DNA from: Gemmatimonadota bacterium
GTDB lineage: Bacteria > Gemmatimonadota > Gemmatimonadetes > Palauibacterales > Palauibacteraceae
Direction of reading: 5' to 3'
Assembly (NCBI GenBank): GCA_049668445.1
Contig: JBATJK010000299.1
Span: 55,973 to 119,972, forward strand
DNA: 64,000 bases
Within the stretch, counting starts at the first letter, position 1; each line of letters begins with the position of its first letter. The notes under the pieces were generated by a model. That model was not told the DNA's origin and made no database searches. It saw only the letters and a program-made list of their open reading frames with translations. The position numbers were made by a program, and so were the translations under genes. This document shows positions 26,209-36,547 of the stretch, piece after piece.

Positions 26209-27315
26209 TCAGGCTGTCGCCTCGAAGACGGAATCTCCGAGGACGTCCATTCTCGGGCGCACTCCGAGTCCGGGGGCCGTCGGGGCTGACATCCTGCCGT
26301 CCACCCGCCGAGGTGCGCCGTCCGCCGTTTCCACGGTCACGTAGCTGTTGAAATCGGTGGCCGTGAACAGGTGCCGGGGAGGGGTGCTGTGCGCGAGGTG
26401 GGCAATGGACGCCGTGACAATGTCACCGCCCCAGGTGTCCTCGATCGTGATCCCCAGGCCGAGCGATACACACAGGTCCCTGGCCTGCCGGGCCCGGGTC
26501 AGGCCGCCCAGCTTGCTTATCTTCAGGTTCACGACATCCGCGGCGGCATCCGCGTGCGCCCGCACAAGCGTGGCCACCGAATCGATACACTCGTCGAGTA
26601 CGAACGGGTGGTCGATTCGACGTCGAACTCCCAGGCACTCCTCATACGAGGCACACGGTTGCTCGATATAAACGTCTACGTCCCGGACGGCGCGTGCGAC
26701 TCGGAGGGCCTCGTGCCGCAGCCAGCCAGTATTGGCGTCGGCGATAAGCACATCTCCCCTCTCCAGTACGGCCGCCACGGCTCGGATCCGCTCGACGTCC
26801 GTCTCCACGTCCGCGCCGACCTTGAGCTGGAACCGCCGGTAACCTTCGCTCCGGTACTCGGCGACCCTCGAGGCCATGAGATCCGGTGACTCCTGCGAGA
26901 TCGCCCGATACAGCACGAAGTCGGGGCCGACCCGCCCTCCCAGAAGCTCGCTTACGGGAAGCCCGGTCGCCTTGCCCAGGATGTCCCAACACGCGACGTC
27001 GATCGCCGACTTCACGTAGGCGTGCCCCTTCATGGCCGTGTCCATCGCCCGATTCACCACGTCGAGTTGGCGCGGATCCAGTCCCAGCAGGGCGGGGACG
27101 AGCTCGATGATTCCGGTCCGGGCTCCCTCCGCGTAGGACGGAAGGTAGACCGGCCCGAGAGGGCAGACTTCCCCGAAACCCTCGAGTCCGTCGTCCGTCA
27201 ACAGACGAACCACAGTCGAGTCAAACACCTGGACCGACTTGCCGCCGGACCAGTTGTAGGACCCCTCGTGCAGGGGGAGATCTACCTGGTACAGGCTCAG
27301 ACCGACGATTCGCAT
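26209..27315 (-). CDS. enolase-superfamily enzyme (mandelate racemase / muconate lactonizing enzyme family)
   Basis: N-terminal capping domain MRIVGLSLYQVDLPLHEGSY. Barrel motifs FQLKVGAD, IADANTGW, YIEQP and VLDECI. Confidence 0.8.
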   Translation of the reverse strand: MRIVGLSLYQVDLPLHEGSYNWSGGKSVQVFDSTVVRLLTDDGLEGFGEVCPLGPVYLPSYAEGARTGIIELVPALLGLDPRQLDVVNRAMDTAMKGHAYVKSAIDVACWDILGKATGLPVSELLGGRVGPDFVLYRAISQESPDLMASRVAEYRSEGYRRFQLKVGADVETDVERIRAVAAVLERGDVLIADANTGWLRHEALRVARAVRDVDVYIEQPCASYEECLGVRRRIDHPFVLDECIDSVATLVRAHADAAADVVNLKISKLGGLTRARQARDLCVSLGLGITIEDTWGGDIVTASIAHLAHSTPPRHLFTATDFNSYVTVETADGAPRRVDGRMSAPTAPGLGVRPRMDVLGDSVFEATA

Positions 27316-27532
27316 CCCTACCTCCGCGTACGGGCTCCTACCTCCAGGCGCTGGGCCGCAGTTCTGGTGTCAAGCTGCACGGGTGGTGAGCGGACCGATA
27401 GGGGCACGGTCTTCGAGTTTGAGCACCCGCCTGGAAGCCGCGGGTCTTGCCCAACCCTCGTGATCAGGCCGTATCTTACAGTGGTAATTGAGCGATCTCA
27501 GTACTGGGCCTGACCACGAAAGGCTGGCCGGA

Positions 27533-29326
27533 ATGTCCGTCCGGGACGACCGCGACTGCTGGAACCTGCAAGATATCTATGCCGATACCGACTCGTGGGA
27601 TGCGGCGCTGACGGTCATCCAGGAGGGCATCGAAGCGCTGAAGACTTTCCAGGGGACGTTCTCGTCCGGGGCGGGCGCTCTCCTCGAATGCCTCGAGATT
27701 CACGTGAGGGTTCTGAAAGAGATGTACCGTGCTTCATCGTACGCCTCGATGCGGTATCACGAGGATACGAGGGTCGGGGTCACGGCAGGGATGGAGCAAC
27801 GGGCCGGCCTGGTGGCCACGAGACTTTCGGAGGCCGCGAGCTTCATCGAGCCCGAGATCCTCTCCCTGGGACAGGACACGGTCAACGCCTACATCGAAGA
27901 CGAGCCTGCACTGGAGACGTACCGACACCAGCTCGATGACATTCTCCGCAGGGGCGCGCACACCCGGAGCGCCACGGAGGAGGAGATCATCGCGGCCGCC
28001 GGCCTGGTCACCGAGGTGCCTTCGAGTGCGTACGGCATGCTCGCCAACGCGGACGCTCCGTGGCCCATGGTCACTCTGTCCGACGGAACGGAATTCCTCC
28101 TGAACCAGGCTGGCTACTCGCGCTACCGCAGCGCCGCGGACCGGGGCGACCGAGAGCACGTGTTCCGCGCCTTCTTCGACGTATGGCGTCGCTTTGGCCG
28201 GACTTTTGGCACGATGCTTTATGCGCAGGTCAAGCGCGACGTGTTCTACTCCCGGGTCCGCAAGTACGGTAGCTCGCTCGAGGCATCCCTCGACGCGGAC
28301 CGGATCCCCGCCAGCGTCTACCAGACCCTCGTCGAGCAGGCCAACGAGCACCTTCACGTGCTGCACCGATATTTCCGGCTGAGAGCGCGGATGATAGGTG
28401 TCGATGACATGTGCTACTGGGATATCTATCCACCTCTCGTTTCGGGCGAGCTGGATTTCCCCATCGAGCGGGGCAAGGAGCTGGTGCTGGACGCGATGCT
28501 GCCGCTCGGCCCCGAGGCCCGGCAGTCGATCGCCGATGGCTTCGAGGCACGCTGGATGGACGTGTATCCCCGGCAGGGCAAGAAGTCGGGGGCCTACATG
28601 AACGGTCACGTGTACGCCGTCCACCCGTACGTCTTGATGAACTACAACGACGACTACGAGTCCGTGTCGACACTGGCCCACGAGTGGGGACACGCTCTCC
28701 ACTCTTACCTGACCAATCAGACCCAGCACTTCATAAACGCGGACTACTCGATATTCGTGGCCGAGGTGGCGTCCACCCTGAACGAGGCTCTACTGCTGCA
28801 TCGAATGCTCGAAGAGTCAACCAGCCCGGCAGAGAGGCTGTTCTACCTGGGCCACGCCCTCGAGCAGCTGCGCGGCACCTTCTTCCGGCAGTCCATGTTC
28901 GCCGAGTTCGAGCTGGCCATCCACGAGAGAGTCGAGGGAGGAGAAGCCCTCACTGCCGACGATTTCAGTGAGCTGTACGGTGAGTTGATACAGAGATACC
29001 ACGGTCACGAAGACGGAGTCGTGCACATCGACGAGATCTTCCACCTGGAATGGGCCTACATTCCGCACTTCTACTACAACTTCTACGTGTATCAGTACGC
29101 GACTTCCGTGGCCGCTGCTTCGTACCTCGCGGAGCAGATACTGGACGGCGTACCCGGAGCGACCGAAGCCTACCTGGACCTCTTGAGGGCAGGAGGGGCA
29201 GGGTACCCCTACGATCTTCTAGTGAAGGCCGGTGTCGACCTCGCCGGGCCCGAGCCTTACCGGGCCCTGATGCGGAGAATGGGCCGAATCATGGATGAGA
29301 TCGAGGGCTTGATAGAGGACCACTAG
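27533..29326 (+). CDS. pepF: oligoendopeptidase F (M3B family)
   Basis: HEWGHALH zinc motif and FVAEVASTLNEALL. The length is about 600 aa. The start is ATG 27533, with an alternative TTG at 27488. Confidence 0.85.
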   Translation: MSVRDDRDCWNLQDIYADTDSWDAALTVIQEGIEALKTFQGTFSSGAGALLECLEIHVRVLKEMYRASSYASMRYHEDTRVGVTAGMEQRAGLVATRLSEAASFIEPEILSLGQDTVNAYIEDEPALETYRHQLDDILRRGAHTRSATEEEIIAAAGLVTEVPSSAYGMLANADAPWPMVTLSDGTEFLLNQAGYSRYRSAADRGDREHVFRAFFDVWRRFGRTFGTMLYAQVKRDVFYSRVRKYGSSLEASLDADRIPASVYQTLVEQANEHLHVLHRYFRLRARMIGVDDMCYWDIYPPLVSGELDFPIERGKELVLDAMLPLGPEARQSIADGFEARWMDVYPRQGKKSGAYMNGHVYAVHPYVLMNYNDDYESVSTLAHEWGHALHSYLTNQTQHFINADYSIFVAEVASTLNEALLLHRMLEESTSPAERLFYLGHALEQLRGTFFRQSMFAEFELAIHERVEGGEALTADDFSELYGELIQRYHGHEDGVVHIDEIFHLEWAYIPHFYYNFYVYQYATSVAAASYLAEQILDGVPGATEAYLDLLRAGGAGYPYDLLVKAGVDLAGPEPYRALMRRMGRIMDEIEGLIEDH

Positions 29327-29859
29327 GGGTCTGCTTCGAGTTCGAGGAGGATCCCCTCCTCGGCCGCGACTTCCCTCCAGTAGACCCAGCCGACTCCGGC
29401 GAGGAAGCCATCCCTCAGAACAACAGGCTCCAGTTCGTCGTCGGACACGACCCCATCGTCTTCGACGAGGCGCGCGTAGTAGAACAGGACCTCCCACGTG
29501 TGCTCGCCGGCCTCGTAGGTCCCCGTGCGCATGGGGTTGTATAGCGCGGGCGCGCTCGAGCCAGTCATTATCTGTACCTGCACGACGCCCATGCTGTCTC
29601 TCTCTGTGCGCGCCTGTCCGCTCCCCTCCGTTCCCAGCGGGCGAGGCAGGGCCCGGGTGCCCATGATCGACACGACCTCGTCGCGAGACATTCCGGGAGT
29701 GAGGCGAGAGACGTTCGCCTCGTTCGCCTCACGGAACCCGCCCGCGGACTGCATGGTTGCCGAGGAACAGGCCCACGACATCCACGCCACCGCGCCCACG
29801 GCGACATGCGCCGTGAGCGCCCGCCGCCAGTCACGCAGGGCTCCCCGGGGGCGTCGCAC
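29323..29859 (-). CDS. secreted SmpA/OmlA-like (DUF3192-like) protein
   Basis: LTPGMSRDEVVSIMGT...NPMRTGTYEAGEHTWEVLFYY. The start is uncertain. GTG 29859 avoids the 37-nt overlap with the upstream gene that ORF-track start 29919 would create. Confidence 0.45.
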   Translation of the reverse strand: MRRPRGALRDWRRALTAHVAVGAVAWMSWACSSATMQSAGGFREANEANVSRLTPGMSRDEVVSIMGTRALPRPLGTEGSGQARTERDSMGVVQVQIMTGSSAPALYNPMRTGTYEAGEHTWEVLFYYARLVEDDGVVSDDELEPVVLRDGFLAGVGWVYWREVAAEEGILLELEADP

Positions 29860-29882
29860 AGAGCGAGAGCTCCTTCTGCGGA

Positions 29883-32800
29883 CTAAGGCCAACGCGGTAC
29901 GCCGCGACCCGGTGTCCACGGTACGCCGGCCTCCTCCAGCCGGTCCTCGAGGTGAGGCAGCTCTACGTCCACCAACTGCCGCAGCTCCTCGACCATGCCC
30001 GCGAACAGATCCGAGGCCAGGGCCATCTGTTCACGCTGTGTGCCCGTGGGGCTCGAAGTGTTGGACCACTGTCCGCCGACTACCGTCTGCACCCGGCTCA
30101 CTATGCCAGGCATCGCCGGCTCGCTGCGCCTGGACCGGGTACGATCTCCGTTCAAGAGTTCTCGCAGGTCCGTGAGTTCGAGTTCCATGGCCCGTACCTC
30201 GGCCCGGAGGTCCTCATCCACTCCCGGCGTGATTTCGACCGCATGTTTGATGATCTCCAGGCGGTCCGCCGCATCAGCCGCCGCCCGGGCCGCGCCGAGT
30301 ACGGCGCGCTGAAGCCGCCCGGCCTCGCGCTGGAACGCCAGCTTCGCCTCTCGATCAGCCTGGGGAAGACTGGGGGTACCCAGCACCTCGACTTCGAAGG
30401 GCTCCGGCCCGGCCAACACGGTCGTCACACCATCGACTCGCTGCTCCAGCGTCACCGTGTAGGTGCCCGGAAGCGCCGCCGGACCGTTCCCGTCGTCTCC
30501 CAGCTCCAGTGGCGCAAAGCCCGGATACCGGAAGTCCCAGGTCGCCCGGTGCAGGCCGGACGAAGAAGATCCCGCCACTCTCCTGACGAACTCGCCGCTC
30601 TCCGTCCGCACCACGAGCGAGATGCCGGGCTCTTCCTGCCGGTCTTCCCGCTTCAGCGCATCCCAGGACGGGTAGCGAACGTCTCCGCCCTCCTTGGCCA
30701 GCGCCTTCTCCTCCTTGCGCCGGGCCTGCTCATCCGTACGAAGACTCTCGCCGAGGAAGTAGGTGAATGCGGCGCCGAACGGGGGATTCGGAGCCGTGAA
30801 CAGCCTGGCGCCCTGGCTCGCCTTCTCACCGCCGCCGAGAGGCCCGGAGCGCACGTACATCCACGAATCCCTGGTGGGGAAGATGTGGCCCGCCTGCTCG
30901 AGCAACTCGTCGGTCAGATGCCGTAACGCCGAGTAGTAGTCGAGGACGAAGAACCCCCTCCCGAACGAGGCAGCCACTACATCGTCCTCCCGGCGCTGGA
31001 TCTCGATATCGCGGATGGCGATGGTCGGGATTCCCGACTTCATCTTCAGCCAGGAGCCGCCTCCAGCAAGGCTCGTGAACAGGCCGAACTCCGTTCCCAC
31101 GAACAGTAGATTCGGGCTCAGGTGGTCCTCGGCGATGGTGTAGGTCGATCCGCGCGACGGCAGGTCGCTCGAGATCGACTTCCAGGAGCGCCCTCGATCC
31201 CGGCTCACCAGGACGTAGGGCTCGAAGTCCCCGCGCTTGTGGTTGTTCAGCACGGCGTACACCGTGTTGGGGTCGTGCCAGGATGCCTCCAGGTCGTTCA
31301 CGTACGTCATTTCCGGAACATCGGGCAGATCGTCCACCCGCCTCCAGGTGGCCCCTCCATCCTCTGACACCTGGATCAGTCCATCGTCGGTTCCGACGTA
31401 GATCAGGTCCTCGACGAGCGGGGACTCCGTGAGGGCGACGATGGTGCCGTAGAAGGACGTCGAGTTGTTCTTCGCTACCGCGTCCACGCTCCACACCCGG
31501 CCCATCACCTCCAGTTGGTTTCGGTCCAGGTTGCGTGTAAGGTCCGGGCTCACGGGACGCCATGAATCTCCGCGATCTTCACTTCTGAACAGTATCTGAG
31601 AACCGTAGTACAGCCGGGAGGCGGAGTGAGGAGAGATCAGCAGCGCGGAGTCCCAGTTCCAGCGAAGGGGCGGCCCGTCGGCGCCCGGTTGGGGGCGAAT
31701 GTCAATCTCCTCTCCGGTGCTTCGATCGAAGCGGATGAGGCCACCGTACTGCCACTGCGAGTAGACGATATTGGGGTTCTCGGGATCCACCGCTGGATCG
31801 AACCCATCTCCACCGACCGTGATGAACCAGTCGCTGTTGCGAATCCCGTGCTGGTTGATAGTCCGGGAGGGCCCGCCCTGCGTGTTGTTGTCCTGTGTGC
31901 CGCCGTACACGTTGTAGAACGGCACCGCGTTGTCCACCGCGACCTTGTAGAATTGCGTTACCGGCAGGTTGGCCTTGAAGTCCCAGTTGGCCCCGCGGTC
32001 CCAGCTCTCATACAGCCCGCCGTCTCCGCCTATCAGCAGATGGTCGTCAGCTTCCGGGTCGATCCACAGCGCGTGGTCGTCCACGTGACGCCACTCGCCC
32101 CCCAGCCGCGACCAGGTCTTTCCTCCATCCTCCGTCACCTGCGTGCGGGTGTCGAGCGAATACACTCGATCGAATCTGTGGGGATCCGCAACGAGTTCCT
32201 GGTAGTACTGTGGACTGCTCGCGACGTAGTCGCTCTGTCGGGACCAGCTCTTCGCACGGTCGGAGGATCGAAAGAACCCACTCTTTCCGTCGGCCGCCTC
32301 GACGATTGCATAGAGCACGTCGGGGTTCTGTGGGGACATGGCCAGGCCTATGCGTCCCTTGTCCCCGCCAGGAAGACCCTTGTTGGCCTGCTTCCAAGAG
32401 ACCCCGCCATCCAATGACTTGTATACGCCCGAACCGGGTCCACCGTTGATGAGGGTCCAGACGTGGCGTCTGCGTTGGTAGGCGGCGGCATAGAGGACAT
32501 CGGGATTCCGCGGATCCATCAGGAGGTCCGTCACCCCCGTGTCCTCATCGATCTCCAGAACGAGGTCCCAGGTCTCGCCGCCGTCCGCGGTCCGAAATAC
32601 GCCCCGATCTCCGCCACTTGCCCACAGAGGTCCCTGAGCGGCGACGAGAACGACGTCGGAATCGCGCGGATCCACCAATATCTTCGCGATGTGCTCTGAC
32701 TGCTCGAGGCCCATGAGGTCGAAGGATCGACCACCGTCCACCGACTTGTAGAGACCGTCCCCGTAGCCGACGCTCCTCTGGCTGTTGTTCTCGCCCGTAC

Positions 32801-33161
32801 CGACCCAGACGACCAGCGGGTCCGCGGGGTCAACCGTCACCGTCCCTATCGAATACGAGCCGTAGCTGTCGAAGATGGGCTTCCAGGTTACCCCGGCGTT
32901 GATCGTCTTCCACACGCCGCCCGAGGACACTGCCACGTACCAGGTCGTCGGGTGATCCGGGTGAATCGCCAGGTCCCCGATCCGGCCGGACGTGAGTGCT
33001 GGACCGATGGCCCTGAACTCGAGTCCTTTCAGCAGGGACGAGTCCAGGCTCGGACGTCCTCCATCGTCTTCTCCCTCCGCCTCACCGTCCTGGGCGTACA
33101 GCGTCACAGGGAAGAGAACTGCAAGTAGCAGCAACAGGTGAGGAAGGCGGTTATAAGTCAT
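29883..33161 (-). CDS. BNR/Asp-box repeat, sortilin(VPS10)-like beta-propeller protein, secreted, paralog 1
   Basis: Signal peptide LPHLLLLLAVLFPVTLYAQ. Repeated S-x-D-x-G-x-T-W boxes: SVDGGRSF, TADGGETW, SLDGGVSW, TEDGGKTW, SEDGGATW and SRDRGRSW. The protein is 1092 aa. Confidence 0.8.
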   Translation of the reverse strand: MTYNRLPHLLLLLAVLFPVTLYAQDGEAEGEDDGGRPSLDSSLLKGLEFRAIGPALTSGRIGDLAIHPDHPTTWYVAVSSGGVWKTINAGVTWKPIFDSYGSYSIGTVTVDPADPLVVWVGTGENNSQRSVGYGDGLYKSVDGGRSFDLMGLEQSEHIAKILVDPRDSDVVLVAAQGPLWASGGDRGVFRTADGGETWDLVLEIDEDTGVTDLLMDPRNPDVLYAAAYQRRRHVWTLINGGPGSGVYKSLDGGVSWKQANKGLPGGDKGRIGLAMSPQNPDVLYAIVEAADGKSGFFRSSDRAKSWSRQSDYVASSPQYYQELVADPHRFDRVYSLDTRTQVTEDGGKTWSRLGGEWRHVDDHALWIDPEADDHLLIGGDGGLYESWDRGANWDFKANLPVTQFYKVAVDNAVPFYNVYGGTQDNNTQGGPSRTINQHGIRNSDWFITVGGDGFDPAVDPENPNIVYSQWQYGGLIRFDRSTGEEIDIRPQPGADGPPLRWNWDSALLISPHSASRLYYGSQILFRSEDRGDSWRPVSPDLTRNLDRNQLEVMGRVWSVDAVAKNNSTSFYGTIVALTESPLVEDLIYVGTDDGLIQVSEDGGATWRRVDDLPDVPEMTYVNDLEASWHDPNTVYAVLNNHKRGDFEPYVLVSRDRGRSWKSISSDLPSRGSTYTIAEDHLSPNLLFVGTEFGLFTSLAGGGSWLKMKSGIPTIAIRDIEIQRREDDVVAASFGRGFFVLDYYSALRHLTDELLEQAGHIFPTRDSWMYVRSGPLGGGEKASQGARLFTAPNPPFGAAFTYFLGESLRTDEQARRKEEKALAKEGGDVRYPSWDALKREDRQEEPGISLVVRTESGEFVRRVAGSSSSGLHRATWDFRYPGFAPLELGDDGNGPAALPGTYTVTLEQRVDGVTTVLAGPEPFEVEVLGTPSLPQADREAKLAFQREAGRLQRAVLGAARAAADAADRLEIIKHAVEITPGVDEDLRAEVRAMELELTDLRELLNGDRTRSRRSEPAMPGIVSRVQTVVGGQWSNTSSPTGTQREQMALASDLFAGMVEELRQLVDVELPHLEDRLEEAGVPWTPGRGVPRWP

Positions 33162-33367
33162 AGCCCCTCCGAGGAAGGAGTCGCACGTCGGGAGATGGAC
33201 GGAAGCGTCTCGGACGCTCCTTCAGCCCGGGAACATTGCTCACGGCCCCGGCTTGGGCCTCAAACTATCTCCCGGACAGGGGCAGCGGTATAGCTCGAAA
33301 CGGATGGGACTCGTATTCTCCGGGGCCGCCCCCTGGAGACGCGGAACCCAGCTGAAAGGAGACAGTC

Positions 33368-36300
33368 ATGCCCCTGCCTCGAGGCTCGAGGATCAGCAGA
33401 CGTTGCGTCGCTATGCTGGCATTTGTCGCACTTGTGAGTGCCATACCGGCGGGTCCGGCAGTGGCCCAGGCCGTGGTCGACACATCCCTGCTCGCGGGCA
33501 TGAAGTACCGTTCGATTGGACCACCCCGTGGCGGAAGGGTCACCGCGGTCGCCGGCATGGCCTCGGAGCCGCTCTCCTACTTCATGGGCAGTACGGGTGG
33601 TGGCGTGTGGAGATCCGAAGACGCGGGGAGCAGCTGGGACAACGTGTCGGACGGCCATTTTTCGGCGGCCTCCGTGGGGGCGATCGCGGTGGCCGAATCC
33701 GACCCGAACGTGGTGTGGGTAGGCATGGGATCGGCGTGCATCCGGGGCAATACCTCGCAGGGAGATGGCGTGTACCGATCCGTGGACGGCGGCCGTTCAT
33801 GGACCCATTCCGGTCTTCCGGAGGCAGGGCAGATCGGTCGAATAGTGGTTGACCCCAGGGATCCCGATGTGGCCTTCGTGGCCGCCCTTGGTCACCCGTT
33901 CGGTCCGAATCCTGAGCGCGGCGTGTACCGCACACGAAATGGTGGAGCGGACTGGGAGCGGGTGCTGTTCATCAGCGACAGCACGGGCGCCGTGGACCTG
34001 GCTCTGAACCCCGCCAACCCCAGGATCATCTACGCGGGAATGTGGCGCGCGGAACGAAAGCCCTGGACCATGATCAGCGGAGCGGAAGAGGGCGGGGTCT
34101 ACCGCAGCACGGACTCGGGCGACTCGTGGACCCGGCTCGAGGGAGGCCTTCCGGACGGCCTCGTCGGCAAGACCGCCGTTACCGTTTCGCCCGCCAACCC
34201 CGACCGGGTGTGGGTCCTGGTCGAGGCCCCTGACGGTGAGGGGGGGGTCTACCGGTCCGATGACGCGGGAGAGACCTGGGACCAGGTGAACACGAATCGA
34301 AATCTCCAGCAGAGAGCGTGGTATTACACCCACATCTACGCCGATCCGGTCGACGAGAACACGGTGTATGCGCTCAATGTCAACATGTGGAAGTCCATTG
34401 ACGGAGGCCGGACCTTCGAGAGCATCAGCGTACCGCATGGAGACACGCACGACCTGTGGATCAATCCGGCGGATCCCGAAGTCATGATCATCGGAAACGA
34501 TGGCGGGGCCCAGGTATCCCTGAATGGCGGCGGCAGCTGGTCCACCATGTACAACCAGCCGACAGCCGAGATCTACAGGGTCTTCGTGGACGAGCGGTTC
34601 CCGTACCGGGTGTACGGCTCGCAGCAGGACAACAGCACGATCTCGCTGCCCAGCCAGGGCATCGGTGGTCTCACACCCTCCGAACAGTGGCGATCGGCCG
34701 GCGGTTGCGAGAGCGGGCATATCGCGATCGACCCCCGAGACCCGGACGTGACGTACGCCGGTTGCTACGGCGGCTCTATTTCGAGAGTGAACTACCGGAC
34801 GGGCGCCTTCCGGCAGATCCTGGTCTATCCACAGATGCAGCTTGGCCAGGCCCCGAAGACGCTTCGCTATCGCTTCCAGTGGAACGCCCCCATCCGCCTC
34901 TCACCGCACGATCCCGACGTGCTGTATCACACGTCACAGTCCGTCCATCGCTCCACCGACGGTGGCAGCAACTGGGAGACCGTCAGCCCTGATCTCACCC
35001 GCAACGACACGACCAGACAGGACTTCGCCGGTGCTCCCATCACGATGGACAACACAGGTGTCGAGGTATACGGGACTGTCTTCTCGTTCGAGGAGTCTCG
35101 CCTGGAGCCGGGATTGCTGTGGGCAGGCTCGGACGATGGCCGGGTACACGTGTCGCGCGACAGCGGTTCGACGTGGAGCGATGTCACGCCACGGGGCATG
35201 CCGGAGTGGGGGACGGTCAACACCATCGAGGTCTCTCCCCATGCGCCCGGGCGCGCGCTGGTCGCCGTGCACCGGTATCGGGAGGACGACTTCACTCCGT
35301 ACGTCTTCAAGACGGACGACTATGGCGAGAGCTGGGATGAGATCGCAGACGGTAACGGCATACCCAATGGGCACTTCGTGCGAGTAGTAAGAGAGGACCC
35401 CGTGCGATCGGGACTCCTGTTCGCCGGGACGGAGTACGGCATGTATGTATCGTTCGACGACGGGGACCGGTGGCAGGAACTGCAACTCAATCTTCCGGTC
35501 ACTCCGATCACCGACATGAGAGTGCAGCGGGGCGATCTCGTCGTGGCCACCCAGGGCCGGTCATTCTGGATCCTGGACGACCTGTCGCCCCTCAGGCAGA
35601 TGGACCAGGCGCTGGAGGGCGACGATGCCCATCTCTTCCTGCCGGCCGAGGCCTTTCGGGCGCGTCTTTCGGGCGGGGGGCCGGACGGTCGGCCAGGCGG
35701 AGCCATCCTGTATTACTACCTGCCCGAGGAGCCCGAAAGCGTGGTTGCGCTCGAGGTCCTCGACTCGGCCGGCGAAGCGCTTCGAACCTACACCTGGGAG
35801 CCTGAGGACTCGGACGAGACCGAAGCCCGGTTCGAACGAACCCTGGAAGGCGACTCCATACCGGCGTCCGCAGGCCTGAATCGAGCAAGCTGGGATCTCC
35901 GGCTGGGTCGCCCCGACCTGCTCGACGACGCGGTGATCTGGGGGTTCACGGGAGGGCCGCTAGTGGCGCCCGGCACGTACCAGGTGCGGCTTACGGTGGG
36001 CGACTGGTCGAGCACGCGCCCGCTGGAGCTACTGCCTGACCCACGGCTGGACCTTTCCGACGGCGATCAATCCGCTCAGTTCGAGCTCATGCTGCAGATC
36101 CGGAAGTCCCTGCAGGACTCCCACCGGGCAGTGGAAAGAATCCGATCCGTGCGCACGCAGCTAAAGGACATGGCCGAGCGGGGTGAGGAGGCCGGCTTCG
36201 GTGAAGACCTGCCTGCGTTGGCAGACTCCGCGGTCGCCCGTTTGACGCGGATCGAGAACGACCTCCTCCAGACGAAGAACGAGAGCGGGCAGGATCCCCT

Positions 36301-36547
36301 GAACTACCCGCCCAAGCTCGACAACCAGCTCGCCTATCTGTATGGCTACGTGGGGTTTTCCGACGGCCCGCCGACCGCCGGCGCCGTCGCCCGCTACGCT
36401 GACCTCGTGGCCGAGTTGGATTCGTGCCTGGGGGCACTTGAAGAGGTGCTGGCCGGCCCGGTGGCAGACTTCAACGAGGTTCTTCGTGCGAGGGGCGCGC
36501 CGGCAGTGATCGTCCCCCCGCTCAGCCCACCCCAACCGTCAGAGTAA
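33368..36547 (+). CDS. BNR/Asp-box repeat, sortilin-like beta-propeller protein, secreted, paralog 2
   Basis: Signal peptide MLAFVALVSAIPAGPAVAQA. Asp-boxes: SEDAGSSW, SVDGGRSW, TRNGGADW, STDSGDSW, SDDAGETW, SIDGGRTF, STDGGSNW and SRDSGSTW. It is collinear with paralogs 1 and 3. Confidence 0.8.
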   Translation: MPLPRGSRISRRCVAMLAFVALVSAIPAGPAVAQAVVDTSLLAGMKYRSIGPPRGGRVTAVAGMASEPLSYFMGSTGGGVWRSEDAGSSWDNVSDGHFSAASVGAIAVAESDPNVVWVGMGSACIRGNTSQGDGVYRSVDGGRSWTHSGLPEAGQIGRIVVDPRDPDVAFVAALGHPFGPNPERGVYRTRNGGADWERVLFISDSTGAVDLALNPANPRIIYAGMWRAERKPWTMISGAEEGGVYRSTDSGDSWTRLEGGLPDGLVGKTAVTVSPANPDRVWVLVEAPDGEGGVYRSDDAGETWDQVNTNRNLQQRAWYYTHIYADPVDENTVYALNVNMWKSIDGGRTFESISVPHGDTHDLWINPADPEVMIIGNDGGAQVSLNGGGSWSTMYNQPTAEIYRVFVDERFPYRVYGSQQDNSTISLPSQGIGGLTPSEQWRSAGGCESGHIAIDPRDPDVTYAGCYGGSISRVNYRTGAFRQILVYPQMQLGQAPKTLRYRFQWNAPIRLSPHDPDVLYHTSQSVHRSTDGGSNWETVSPDLTRNDTTRQDFAGAPITMDNTGVEVYGTVFSFEESRLEPGLLWAGSDDGRVHVSRDSGSTWSDVTPRGMPEWGTVNTIEVSPHAPGRALVAVHRYREDDFTPYVFKTDDYGESWDEIADGNGIPNGHFVRVVREDPVRSGLLFAGTEYGMYVSFDDGDRWQELQLNLPVTPITDMRVQRGDLVVATQGRSFWILDDLSPLRQMDQALEGDDAHLFLPAEAFRARLSGGGPDGRPGGAILYYYLPEEPESVVALEVLDSAGEALRTYTWEPEDSDETEARFERTLEGDSIPASAGLNRASWDLRLGRPDLLDDAVIWGFTGGPLVAPGTYQVRLTVGDWSSTRPLELLPDPRLDLSDGDQSAQFELMLQIRKSLQDSHRAVERIRSVRTQLKDMAERGEEAGFGEDLPALADSAVARLTRIENDLLQTKNESGQDPLNYPPKLDNQLAYLYGYVGFSDGPPTAGAVARYADLVAELDSCLGALEEVLAGPVADFNEVLRARGAPAVIVPPLSPPQPSE

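Noticed and set aside
29323-29326. Convergent genes sharing a palindromic CTAG, so that both stop codons overlap. The same arrangement occurs at 58681-58684.
   Set aside because: It is a real observation, but it is a trivial result of tight packing, because TAG is read on both strands of CTAG. There is no evidence of function.
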